This document shows, in pieces, positions 1 to 11,124 of a DNA stretch of 64,000 nt. The first letter of the stretch is position 1. The number at the start of each line of letters is the position of its first letter. The DNA is from Anolis carolinensis (Eukaryota). The DNA lies in NCBI RefSeq assembly GCF_035594765.1, contig NC_085843.1:126395971-126459970 (forward strand). The letters are read 5' to 3'. The position numbers were made by a program, and so were the translations under genes. The notes beneath the pieces are model-generated. The model worked only from the letters and a program-made list of their open reading frames with translations, was not told where the DNA came from and did no database searches.

Positions 1-324
1 GTTGGTTCATTTGGTGGTTATGAGTTCTCTGCAGAACAGAGTTACCTCATGGATGCAACAAAAGAGGGTTCAAAACACTGTGCTGCAGCTTAGGGTTCTT
101 CTATACTGACCTCCTCCATATGACACAGACATTTAGCCCTGAGGTGCCTTCAACACCAGGCAGCTTTTTCATGAGCATTCCATGTGTTCCTAATTTGAGT
201 GCTCACATCTTTGGTCTAGCACCACTCTCATGATATCTTTGTTGTGATTTACAAAATCATCATTGTTCACATACCCTGTACATAACTCATGAACTCTATC
301 ATAGTCATTCAGGTTCAAGAGTTG

Positions 325-682
325 TCATCATCGCCAATCACTCATGTCCAAGTATGATTGTCTTCCAAGTGTAGTGTTTTAGTGGTGGGCCCATAAGTTA
401 CTGTAAAGACCTATTCTTGATCCACATGTTTTTCCACAGTGAGGACATCAATTTCCAGGTGGAAGGCGGTCCCAGTCAGGGTTGGCTTAATGAGCCTTCC
501 TCTTGACACGTTTCTCCCTTTTGCCCTCCATTCGTGCCTCTTTGAATTCCACAGCATTGTTGGTCAAGGCTGATCTCTAATTAGAATGCTCACGGGGCAG
601 GACTTCCCAGTTCCCAGTGTCTATACCATAGTTTTTGAGGTTGACTTTAAGCCCATCTTTACATCTCTTTTCTTGTCCACCA
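325..682 (-). mobile_element. RTE-clade LINE, 3' fragment
   Basis: Minus translation GGQEKRCKDGLKVNLKNYGIDTGNWE...CPHCGKTCGSRIGLYSNLWAHH (RTE C-terminal zinc finger, with stops); (TGA)n tail. Confidence 0.8.
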
Positions 683-3600
683 AAATCTTCAGTTCCATAC
701 TTGCCTTCATTATGATTCACCATATCATCATCCTTTCTGTGTCTTGTACAGAAAACATGAATCCACTATAGGCATAATTCAGGTTCAAGACTTGAATCTT
801 CTCAGTCAAACACACAAAGGTCTCCACCTGAAGAACGGCATAGTAAACAAAATCCCTTTTCGTAGCCCTTGCAGCAGCTCCTAATCCATTTCTTCAAATA
901 GGTCTGCCTCTGTGGGGAAACACTGCCTTCAGTCTTACAAGAAGAGGCCACAGGAATAGAGCAGGTGGCACCTTTAACTGTACCTACCCTTCTTCCCACT
1001 CCTTGTCCATTGTTTGGCATTAGGATATCTCATTACCACCATGTATATAGTGCCATGACTTCATACATCTGGATTCTAATACTGTCCAATAGGAGTAAAC
1101 CATATGGTTTTGGGACTATCCCCCCTTGGGGATAATCCACTTCCTTCCCCTTCTGAAATGCATGTAGAGGCAATCAAACCCTTCTTTGAAAAATATGCAG
1201 TCAAACCCAACCAGAGATCATTGATTCTCTGGGTGGAGTTTCTCATGTTCAAGAACGACAGAGGCTTTCATCTGATCTTGGAGCTTTGAGACATCTACTT
1301 GTACATACAGTCCAGGCAATTTCTCATGGTGGATCAGTTTTATCCATTTCCTGTTGCAAGAGATTGGATTTGAGGGATATTAATTTTTATATTGGTATCT
1401 TACCATCGCACAGAAGCTTCCTATATTTTGCTGAGCGGGATAGTCCCTTTCTTCGGACTATCAATTGCTCCTCGGGTCAGGCAACAAGGGTTGGCATGTT
1501 AAGTGGCTCCTTGTTGTCCATTCATAAGACATGTTACTCTATGATATCAGTATTATGCTCCACCTACTCAATTCTTTAGGCCTTGCCTAAGTCTCATCTG
1601 GTACCATTGGAAGCTGTAAAATTCATTGGCGCCATACTAGATTCTCATGCAACAATGGCCTACTTTCCAGACAAATGAGAAAGAAATTTATTTTCTGTCA
1701 TCTTTAGGGATCCCCTTGGTTCAAGCATGAATCCATCATGTACACAAATTTCTTCTCCCCATCATATAGACATCTCTCCATCTCTTTCATCAAATGCCAT
1801 TTGGCAGCTATTTCAGCTAACTTTCAGGTCATTGGCAAGCCATCTTGCTTTCAACATCTCATAGTAAAATAATTCCTTAAGAACAACAGAAATCTTTATT
1901 CTCCTGTCACCATTCCAACACCTCAATGGAGTCTTAGGAATGTGTTGCTCTAAATATCTAGGAAGCCCTTTGAGCCAATGGTGTCTTGTAATCTCTGTCT
2001 ACTGAAAGGCACCTTATTCAGAGGTTATTACAACTGCCAGGAGAGCTGGAGAATTGTGCACTCTCATTAGTGGTGGATCACCCATATCTTCCATTTCACT
2101 TCGAAAAGGTGGTTCTCAGGCCAAACATTTATTTCTTACCCAAGGTGGTAATGGCTCATCAATTAGGATGTTGTGCAGAACTATTCTTCTGACATGGAAT
2201 GGGCTCTTCATTGCTTTGATAAAAAAAAATGAGCCATAGAATTCTAAGACTATTCATATACCATTCTATTAAGGGGAAAGGACTACCAGTTTCTTCATTA
2301 TGTTTCTTGAAAATGATGGTTTTGACAATTCATTTGACTTACGAACTAGGCAAAAAGAACCTTCTAGTATTGCTCTGTAGCACTCCATCTGGGCTACGGC
2401 TGCATCAACTACCCTTCTCACGGATGTTTCACTGGAAGAGGTCTACAGAATGGCTATTGGATCAAAGTCATTTTATTTCTCATTATACACTGGATGCTCG
2501 GTGCAGGGCTGATGCCACTTTTGGGATAGGTGTTTTGTTTGGTTTTGCTGCTTAGCATGAGACTCTTTCTTCATAGGGGGCTTGCTACTCTCCCATTTGT
2601 GAGAGTTACAGAGGCCACGAAGAAGGATAGGTTCATGCCTGTAACTGTACTTCTTTAAGCGGTCACCTCTAAATTCACAAAGCCCCACACATCCTTCTCT
2701 TCTCGTGTTCTGCCTCTATTTAGTTTCTTTGATGCTACTGTTTCAGCATCAATTAAATTGAGAGTTTAGAACAGAAAGCAAGAGTATAAAGTGACTATGG
2801 ATGCTAAAAGTTCTTAACAAGTTTTCAATGATGCACTGCATGGGTGCAGATAATCACATTTGTGTGAGTTCACAGATGATCACTCAAATAACTACAGTTA
2901 CATATACAACCTGTTCATTTTTATATATCTATGCTATTTGAATATTAAGATTCATATTCTAGAACTGAAGTATTCCAAATGTTATGGCATTTAACTAATA
3001 TCTAAAGATATTCCTAGTCACTATGACTTCAAGAGAATCTCCTTTTCTAAATAATGGACTTTATCTTTCTTATTACAAAATCTATGGTTTCTTTTTATAT
3101 ATATCTCCCCGCTTTTCAGAAGGAAATATTTATGATATATGAATTTATGTAGCATGTAATGGAGCAGTTTACAGTTTTCTCCCTAATATGGGCATTTCTA
3201 CAATTCTGCTTATACAAAGTTAACGCTGCACTCCCCTACATACATACTTTGGGGGGGATCAGTCCCACAGAATTTATTAGGGCTTACTTCTGTATAACAG
3301 TGCACTGTAATATGTTTATACTTTTAAGATCTCATTCCAATGAACACTTGGAATTAGTTCCACAAAACAAAGTGAAAGGGGATTTTGCCCTCAAAGACAG
3401 TCCAAAATACATTAAATTGCTCTCTAGATTTAATAAATAATAACATTTTGGGGAGATGTTTTTACCCCAATAACATTTTTGTTTATATGAGAAAAATTGT
3501 ATCTGGCAAGTGACTGAAATGTGGAGATAATCTGGGGATCAATAGTGACACACTATCATTTTCCTATAACCAGACACACTGAGAAAGGCATTTGTAGGGA

Positions 3601-4501
3601 CTCCTAGTCTTTGGGAAGCAATGGCCAATGACATCCTTGCATCCTACAGTAAAACATTATAGATGTACTTTTCTGCATATTAGATTAGAAAAAAATGCAT
3701 TTGTCAGACTAAAGTGTCTCACAGAGACAATTCCAAACCAGAGATGTTAAAGGGTCTTATTGTTTCATAAATGTAAAAATGGAGCACTTGCCTACATTAC
3801 AAGAAAAAAAGTGTCTTCCCCATCTTCTCAAAAGTATAAAGTACTACTAACAGAATTCATACTTGTCTGTATCATACAGATACACATACCACTTCTCTGC
3901 CATCAGTTTTCATTTGAGACATTTCAATTTTTACACATTTCAAACCCTAGAATTCAGGATGCGAGCACTTGATGTTTTACTTATATCACAAAGATGAGTA
4001 GCCAGAGCTGTAAACAACACATACCAGTAAATGTGAAAGTCAACCACAGAGGAAAGTACAGTTCTCTATTAAAAAAAAAGATCTTGGAGCACATTTTAAA
4101 ATGCTAATGCATGCTAATTTTAGAGATATAATGCGCACTTTAGCAGCATACTATGATTTGTTGGACTGATGCATGTTGTAAACTCTAAACCGATTTGACC
4201 CACAATTCATTTATAGCATGGCTGTTTCTATTTTAAAAACCCAAACTCAAAATGGAAGTACCCCAAAGCATCCTAAGAATAAACAGTTCAAATTGAGGAT
4301 GCAGAGGATATCCCGTGTGAAATCTTTTATCAGTAGACTCAAAAGGATCTTTTCAGGCAGGATAAGGGAAGAGTTTGATCAAAAATACGAATGTAGTCTG
4401 CTATGATTTTCTGGCTGGAAACAAAAGAGGGTCAGCTAAAGGTTTTTTTTTTTTTACGTTGGATGCATTTGCTATCACTTCCAATAATTCATCATTCTGC
4501 C

Positions 4502-5129
4502 CTCATTAGCACAGGATGTCTACATCCTACTCCACTGGAGAAATTATACTGTTTAGCCGGTATTGCACCACCTGACATCCGTCAGGAAGTAGTAGCCAGC
4601 AATGAAAGGCCCAAGGCATTGGCATCTCTGGCCCATCCTCTGTTCGGATATCAGCCAGCATGCCATCGCCTTAAATCAAGAAACAGCTTCCTAAGATCCA
4701 TAGATATACTCGCAGGAACACCTCAGCAAGCGAGAGTCCAAAAGTGGCAGGCTAAAACCTGGAACCTGATGGCTGATACTGGATTAGAACCTCCCCCCTG
4801 GGCACACAGAAGACTGGGCGACTTGGAAGGGGCTGAAGAGACTGCTCTCTGGGATCATGAGATGCAGAGCCAATCTTAGGAAATGGGGCTACAAAGCGGA
4901 ATCCATGACATGTGTGTGTGGAGGAGAGCAAATCACGGACTACTTACTACCATGCAACCTGAGCCCTGCCACATGCACAATGGAGGACCTTCTCACAGTG
5001 ACACCAGAGATACTCCAAGTGGCCAGCTGCTGGTCAAAGAAAATCTAGTATAATGCCAAGTTTTAACTTTGTATTTTTAAATACACTATAACTGTATCCT
5101 CAATTAGTTTCTGACATGATAAATAAATA
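4502..5129 (+). mobile_element. Vingi (I/Ingi group) LINE, 5'-truncated 3' end
   Basis: TGCLHPTPLEKLYCLAGIAPPDIR...HPLFGY...C-x-CG...; (TAAA)n tail; TSD ATTCTGCC at 4494-4501 and 5130-5137. Confidence 0.8.
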
Positions 5130-6068
5130 ATTCTGCCTTGTACCCAAGGCTTCAACAGTTTACTGCTCTCTCTGCTGGGCACGTTCCAGTGCCAGTTTTA
5201 AGGGTTTGCGGTGAAAACTAGAATTTTTGGAGGAGTATATTTTTCAACAACAGAGATCCTCAACTGCAGAGCTTCTTAAACTTTTTCCACTCGCAACATC
5301 TTTCGGCCCAAGGATTTTTTTATGCAACCTCAGGTATAAAGGTATATAAAATAGCTATAACATCAAACAATTACTGATAATGAATCAGCATTTGCAAGAC
5401 TTTTTAAATTGCTGATTTTCCTTTTTCATAAACTACAGCTGAAGCATTTTCTGCACAGTCCACTGTATACACTGCATTGCTGTTGCTAACAATATCGTGG
5501 GATGTCTAAAACAGCGACTAGGAGACATTCAGAATTCATTACCAGTAACCAATTGCTTGAGGTCTGGCATTAATCCCTGAATTACCAGTTTGAAGAGCGG
5601 TGTTCTGTGAAATACACATTCTGTGCGATTTACTCTCCAGCACATAGCTTTAGGATTCCATTGGTGGCATTCCAAAATGTAGGCATTCACAGCAACATAT
5701 ACACAGATTGTGTGTTTGAGCCGCAAAGAATTTTGATTTCTTTTTAAAAATGTAACTGAGGCTCTTAATACAAAAGCAAAGACACATATCCTGTAAAGAG
5801 TATATATGAGCTCTGTGACTGATCTGGAAATACAATTTGCCTTATGACTTGTTTTTTCCTGGGTCTGTAAACACAAGCAACTATCAATATTGTTTATATG
5901 TACATATACCTACTTTAAGGCAAACCCCACAAATGTCCATGGGACCTAACTTCCAAGTGACTTTGTACAGAACAGCACCACAGATTTCTTGTGAATTGTC
6001 AGATGACATGGGTTCAAAATATATGTATATACTTTTACATTAGTTAGAAAAAATGTCTGCATGTTGGA

Positions 6069-6653
6069 TTGCTGTGAGTTTTCTGGGCTGTATGGCCATA
6101 TTCCAGAAGTATTCTCTCCTGACATTTCACCCACATCTAAGGCAGGTATCCTCAGGGGTTGTGAGGTCTGTTGGAAACTAGTAAATTGAGATTTATATAT
6201 CTGTGGAAGATATATCTGTAGTTGGGAGAAAGAACTCTTGTCTGTTGGAGGCAGGTGTGAATTGGGCAGTTGGCCACCTTGATTAGCATTGAATAGCTAC
6301 CAGTATTTAAACAAAAACTCTAAAATCAGGACAGTAAATAAATAGCAACACTCAGAAAACAGAGGAATTTCAAACATGAAACTATCAGGGCCAGCTAATC
6401 ACCTCCCAACAAAGGATTCCCCCAGGCAGGTAGAAACCAGGCTTTGAAGCTGCAAAGCCATTCAATGCTCATCATCTTGTCAAACAGGCAAGAGTTCTTT
6501 CTCCCACCCTGGACCTTCCTGATATATAAACCTCACTCGCCTAGTTTCCAACATACCGCACAACCTCTGAGAATGCCTGCCATAGATGTGGGCGAAGCGT
6601 GAGGAGAGAATGCTTCTGGAACATGGCCATATTGCCCGGAAAACTCACAGCAA
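6069..6653. mobile_element. Penelope-like element, inverted pseudo-LTR pair
   Basis: Left arm TTGCTGTGAGTTTTCTGGGCTGTATGGCC... is the reverse complement of the right arm ...GGCCATATTGCCCGGAAAACTCACAGCAA; each arm holds a hammerhead-like motif. Confidence 0.8.
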
Positions 6654-6665
6654 TACATTAATATA

Positions 6666-6988
6666 CAGTAGAGTCTCACTTATCCAACATTCGCTTATCC
6701 AACGTTCTGGATTATCCAACGCATTTTTGTAGTCAATGTTTTCAATATATCATGATATTTTGGTGCTAAATTCGTAAATACAGTAATTGCTACATAGCAT
6801 TACTGAGTATTGAACTACTTTTTCTGCCAAATTTGTTGTCTAACATGATGTTTTGGTGCTTCATTTGTAAAATCATAACCTAATTTGATGTTTAATAGGC
6901 TTTTCCTTAATGCCTCCTTATTATCCAACATATTCGCTTATCCAACATTCTGCCGGCCTGTTTATGTTGGATAAGTGAGACTCTACTG
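6666..6988. mobile_element. Tc1/mariner-type MITE
   Basis: TIR CAGTAGAGTCTCACTTATCCAACAT with TA TSD; other copies at 20845, 39931 and 60536; partial tandem duplicate at about 6993-7210. Confidence 0.85.
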
Positions 6989-7273
6989 TATATTCATAAA
7001 TACAGTAATTCCTACATAGCATTACTGCATATTGAACTACTTTTTCTGTCAAATTTATTGTATAAAATGATATTTTGGTGCTTAATTTGTAAAATCATAA
7101 CCTAATTTGATGTTTAATAGGCTTTTCCTTAATGCCTCCTTATTATCCAACATATTCACTTATCCAATATTCTGCCGGCCCATTTATGTTGGATAAGTGA
7201 GACTCTGCTGTAGTATATTCTTAGGCCTGTGACTCATTCTACGGAGGAGGCCGCAGCTAGCCTTCTGACCTTG

Positions 7274-7289
7274 GGCCACTAGGGGGCGC
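7274..7289 (+). promoter_or_regulatory. Candidate CTCF site in UBAC2 intron 1
   Basis: GGCCACTAGGGGGCGC, a near-consensus CTCF core. Confidence 0.7.
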
Positions 7290-7594
7290 CTGATTGAGAA
7301 GCGTGTGTGCACTGAGAAGGCATTCATGTCTGGAGCAGAAGCGTCCCGGTTGCGTCAACGCAGATCCCTCTCCGCCCGCAAGAAGGGGCCGAACCATAAG
7401 CGCGCGCACTCGCTCGCACAGTCGGTCGCGCGCTCGGTTTCTCACTGGCTTCCAAAAGGAGCCTCTGGATCCGGGAGGGAGGGAGGGAGGGGGCGAGGAG
7501 GGCGGAAGAGGGAGGAGATCGTGGCCTTCGCGGAGAAAAGCGGGGAACGAGAGGGAGGGAAGGAAGGAAGGTGGGGGAGGCGCCGTAGACTTAC

Positions 7595-7625
7595 ACAGCC
7601 CGCTGGATCCGGTGCTGGTGAACAT
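7595..7625 (-). CDS. UBAC2: UBA domain-containing protein 2, coding part of exon 1 (MFTSTGSSGL + 1 nt, phase-1 intron)
   Basis: Minus strand reads ATG TTC ACC AGC ACC GGA TCC AGC GGG CTG T|GTAAGT. MFTSTGSSGL is the UBAC2 N-terminus as I recall it. Canonical donor at 7594-7589; lies in a CpG island; divergent to DOCK9 as in human 13q32. Exon 2 not found in the window. Confidence 0.93.
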
Positions 7626-8129
7626 GGTCCCGGATCAGGAGAGGGAGGAGGAGGAGGGTTGGGGAAGGCCTCCTCGGAGCGCCCCTCTCGCTCCTGCGCC
7701 TCGCGGAGCCGGCCGGGAGCAGCAGGGCGCGGAGACCCCTTCGGACAGCGCCCCCTGCCGGAGACGACGCCCACGCGCAGCCCGCCAGGGAGAGGCCGAG
7801 GCAGAGGGAGGGAGGGAGAGGCGCGCGGGAAGGGGGAATGGGGAGGAAGGCCGCGCGCAGGGCTCCTTCCCGGCCTCCTCCCTGGCACTCCGTATCCGCG
7901 GTTTCAGCCGTCCGCGCCTGAACACAAAATTAACCTGCCAATTCCAAGCCTTCCTTTGTGCCATTGTTATAATAAGGGATGCCCTTTCACTGAAATGGGA
8001 GCCAGGGCATCTACTTAAACTAACCATTGAAGTAGAGCTCTTGTCTGCTTGAGGCAAGTGTGCATGTTGCAATTCTGTAGGTATGTTATCTCTGTGTGTA
8101 GGTTTTATGTAAAATGTGTGGCTCAATTG

Positions 8130-8690
8130 ATGTTGTTTATTAGTTCAGTCACTTCCGACACTTCGTGGCCTCCTGGACCAGCCCGTGCCAGAGCTCCCTG
8201 TCGGCAACGCACCCAGCTCCTTCAAGGTCAAGCTAGTCCCTTCAAGGATACTATCCATCCATCATGCCCCTGGTCGGCCCCTCATCCTTTTTCCTTACAT
8301 TTTCCCCAGCATCGTGATCTTTTCCAAGCTTTCCTGTCTTCTCATTATGTGACTAAAGTACTTCATGAGATTTTCCTGCTTCTTGCAGGGGGTTGGACTG
8401 GATGGCCCGTGAGGTCTCTTCCAACTCTACGATTCTATGATTCATCTTTGCCTCTAATATCCTTCCCTCCAGTGAGCAGCCGGGCATTATTTCCTGGAGG
8501 ATGGACTGGTTGGATCTTCTTGCGGTCCAAGGCACTTTTCATCCAACATCACAGTTCAAAAGCATCTATCTTCCTTCACTCAGCCTTCCTTATGGTCCAG
8601 CTCTCACATCCATAGGTTACTGTGGGGAGTACCATTGCTTTAACTATGTGGACCTTTGTTGCCAGTGTGATGTCTCTGCTCATCACTATT
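8130..8690 (-). mobile_element. BovB/RTE LINE 3' fragment, interrupted by a CR1 3' end (about 8368-8443, + strand)
   Basis: Same sequence as 33176-33400; the CR1 insert ends GGTCTCTTCCAACTCTACGATTCTATGATTC. Confidence 0.75.
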
Positions 8691-8740
8691 TTATACCTAC
8701 ATATACCTATTGATACCTACATAAAAACTCCAACCATCAG

Positions 8741-9000
8741 CCAGGCAGGAAACAGCCAGGCTTTGAAGCTGCAAGGCTATTCAGTGCTAATCAAGGTGGC
8801 CAATTGCAACATTCACAGTTATCTCAAAGAAGAGTTCTTTCTCCAACCCTGGGCACTCCACAAATATATAAACCCCTCTTGCCTAGTTTCCAACAGATCT
8901 CACAATCTCTGAGGATGCCTGCCATAGATGTGGGCAAAACGTCAGGAAATAATACTTCTGGAACATGGCCATACAGTCTGGAAAACTCACAGCAACCCAG
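8741..9000 (+). mobile_element. Penelope-like element 3'/pLTR fragment
   Basis: Homologous to about 6420-6653; hammerhead motif with GAAA changed to AAAA. Confidence 0.8.
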
Positions 9001-9469
9001 CACTGTATGGTTTTGCTGTGATTCCATCAGAAATCCTGAAACCAAATTTGAGACCCGGATGGTGACGACACAAAGCTCAGAGCGCTGATGTGCATGAAGG
9101 GGTTCCTTTCACACACTTTTGTGGGAGTTTGCTGTCTAGCCATCACAGTTTGAAGCTAGCTTCGAACAGCATTAAATTGTTTGTGTAGATTATAACAACC
9201 TGTGACACAATTTTTGATCCTGGATTATAAATGTCATTTTCAAATTGGTTATTGTTATTATATTTAGTTATACCCTGCTTTATCTCTCCCGAAGGGCACT
9301 CAAAGCAGCTTAACATAGAAGCATTAGCTCCGTCTCTCACTCGCTTCATTGCTACAAACTCCTTGGAAAACCAAGGGGATAGTTTGGCTCTGCTCCATGA
9401 GAGGGGATGTTCAGGAGCAATTGTGTCACATCCCTGCCATTTCCCCTTTGTAGAGAACAGCCAGAGCTG

Positions 9470-9745
9470 TTATAAAGCCATATCATGGTTCTACCATAAA
9501 AACATGGAAAAAGTTTATTAAACTACAAAAACTGTTTTTGCGGCACGTCCTGCAGCATATTTTGCTATAGCTTTTCAATGAATATCTCATAGAGTCTCAA
9601 CCAATTCCATATATATTTTTGGCAGCCACAAAAACAAAGTTTCTGGAGTATAACAACTACTTTCAAAGTAACTATCGCACAATTAAACAGGAAATAATAC
9701 TTTCAAACCAGGAACAGATTTTTTTCAAATTTTGTTAGATAGTGT
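9470..9745. mobile_element. Non-autonomous DNA transposon end (possibly Chapaev/CMC-like)
   Basis: Shares TTTCAAACCAGGAACAGATTT with the reverse complement of about 21177-21200; CAC-type terminus on the minus strand; family call tentative. Confidence 0.4.
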
Positions 9746-10995
9746 TATTATGTTTATGTCCCTCTTTTTTCTCTCCACAAAAGAGACTGCAAGTGGCTTA
9801 CATTAAAAGTATTTCAATACATTTTCATATTTATAAACATACAAACATTAACAAATTGAATATCAATGGTATTAAAAATTCACAGTTAAAATCCATAAAA
9901 CCTGATTAAAAACATATTCAAAGCTAAATGAATGGGGACTTGGAGCCAATTTTTGGTGAGGTAAAGGACTAACTAGATAAAGGCAACACTTATATGTAGT
10001 TTGTGCTAGACTTTTTAAAAATTCCTAACTGAAATGTTCCCCATTCTGTATTAAGAGTCCAAGATTCAAAATGAGCAGAGTTTATACCCAGTTCAGCAAC
10101 AAAACTAACCAAGGCCTCGTCTACACTGACCATCAGACAACCAACTCCCATAAAAGTGCGCAAAAGAAAGCCCCTAATGTGCCTCAGTTCTCTGTGGTTT
10201 GTATCATCACCATCCGGGCCTCAAACTGGTTCTGGATTTCCTATGGAGTCATCTGCACAACGAAGTCACCTTCTTCAATACCTGTTTGAAACTGCATTAA
10301 ATGGTCAGTGTAGTTGAGGTCTTAAAACATTTTTCAAAGTTTAAGATGTTTGCTTGCTTTCAGTGCCACAAGATTTGCTTCATCATAAATAGGCTAAGAA
10401 AATGTGTGGCCTTACAATGAATCTAGTACTGTTTAAGAAAAAGAAATATGCTTTGACTACAATAAAATCCCAAACTCTACAGTATACTTTTATTGGGCCA
10501 ACTGAAAAGCAGAAAATGCATGATGCAAGCTTTTCAAGTTTCATTGGCTAGTACTCAACATCATCGCTTTTCTTCTGTATGGTGTTCAACATATTTTCCT
10601 ATAAAACCACTGCAGCTTTGAAAGCCTGCACAATGTGCTTTATGCTTTTTGATTGGCTCAATAAAAATATCACTGTTATGTGAATTTAGGATATTGTTGT
10701 ATTTTGTGGCTACTCAATAATAATACTAATAATGAATTTATTACCTCACCCTGAATATGCTTGAATTAAAATATTTATATGGCTTTGCATCCTACTCCAA
10801 CCACTCAGACTGCCAGGTGATTTGTTAAATATAAAAATGATCCTGTGCATTAAAGCAATAGAAGATTTATTTATCAAAGGCACAAGGCCATTTTCTGTAA
10901 CACATGCTTCGTCACTAGTAAAATCCTTACTCCCTCAAACAACCCATATGCACAGAAACCTCCAGCTTCAGGGAGTATCTCCATACAACTCTCCA

Positions 10996-11124
10996 GCTGG
11001 ATCTACACTGCCCGATATTCCTGGATCTGATCCCAGATTATCTGGCAGTGTAGGCTCATATAGTCCAGTTCAAAGCAGATAATCTGGGATCAGATCCTGG
11101 GATATAGGGCAGTGTAGATCCAGC
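10996..11124. mobile_element. Palindromic MITE (PIF/Harbinger-like)
   Basis: TIR GCTGGATCTACACTGCCC / GGGCAGTGTAGATCCAGC; relatives at about 21415-21495, 28868-29006 and 36550-36690. Confidence 0.7.

Larger units (their letters stand above)
7240..7925 (-). promoter_or_regulatory. CpG island / promoter and first exon region of UBAC2
   Basis: Abrupt GC- and CpG-rich segment within AT-rich DNA, centred on the UBAC2 ATG. Confidence 0.85.

Noticed and set aside
1750-1830. Resemblance of KWHLMKEMERCL to influenza PA (KWGMEMRRCL)
   Set aside because: Too short, and the flanking sequence does not follow PA; treated as coincidence pending a profile search.
1-7594. UBAC2 exon 2 or nested GPR18/GPR183
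   Set aside because: No YKAPLSK-like exon and no seven-transmembrane ORF found; these probably lie left of the window.
7257-8126. Several overlapping 120-250 aa ORFs on both strands
   Set aside because: GC-rich CpG-island artefacts; only the 31-nt UBAC2 exon 1 coding part is supported.
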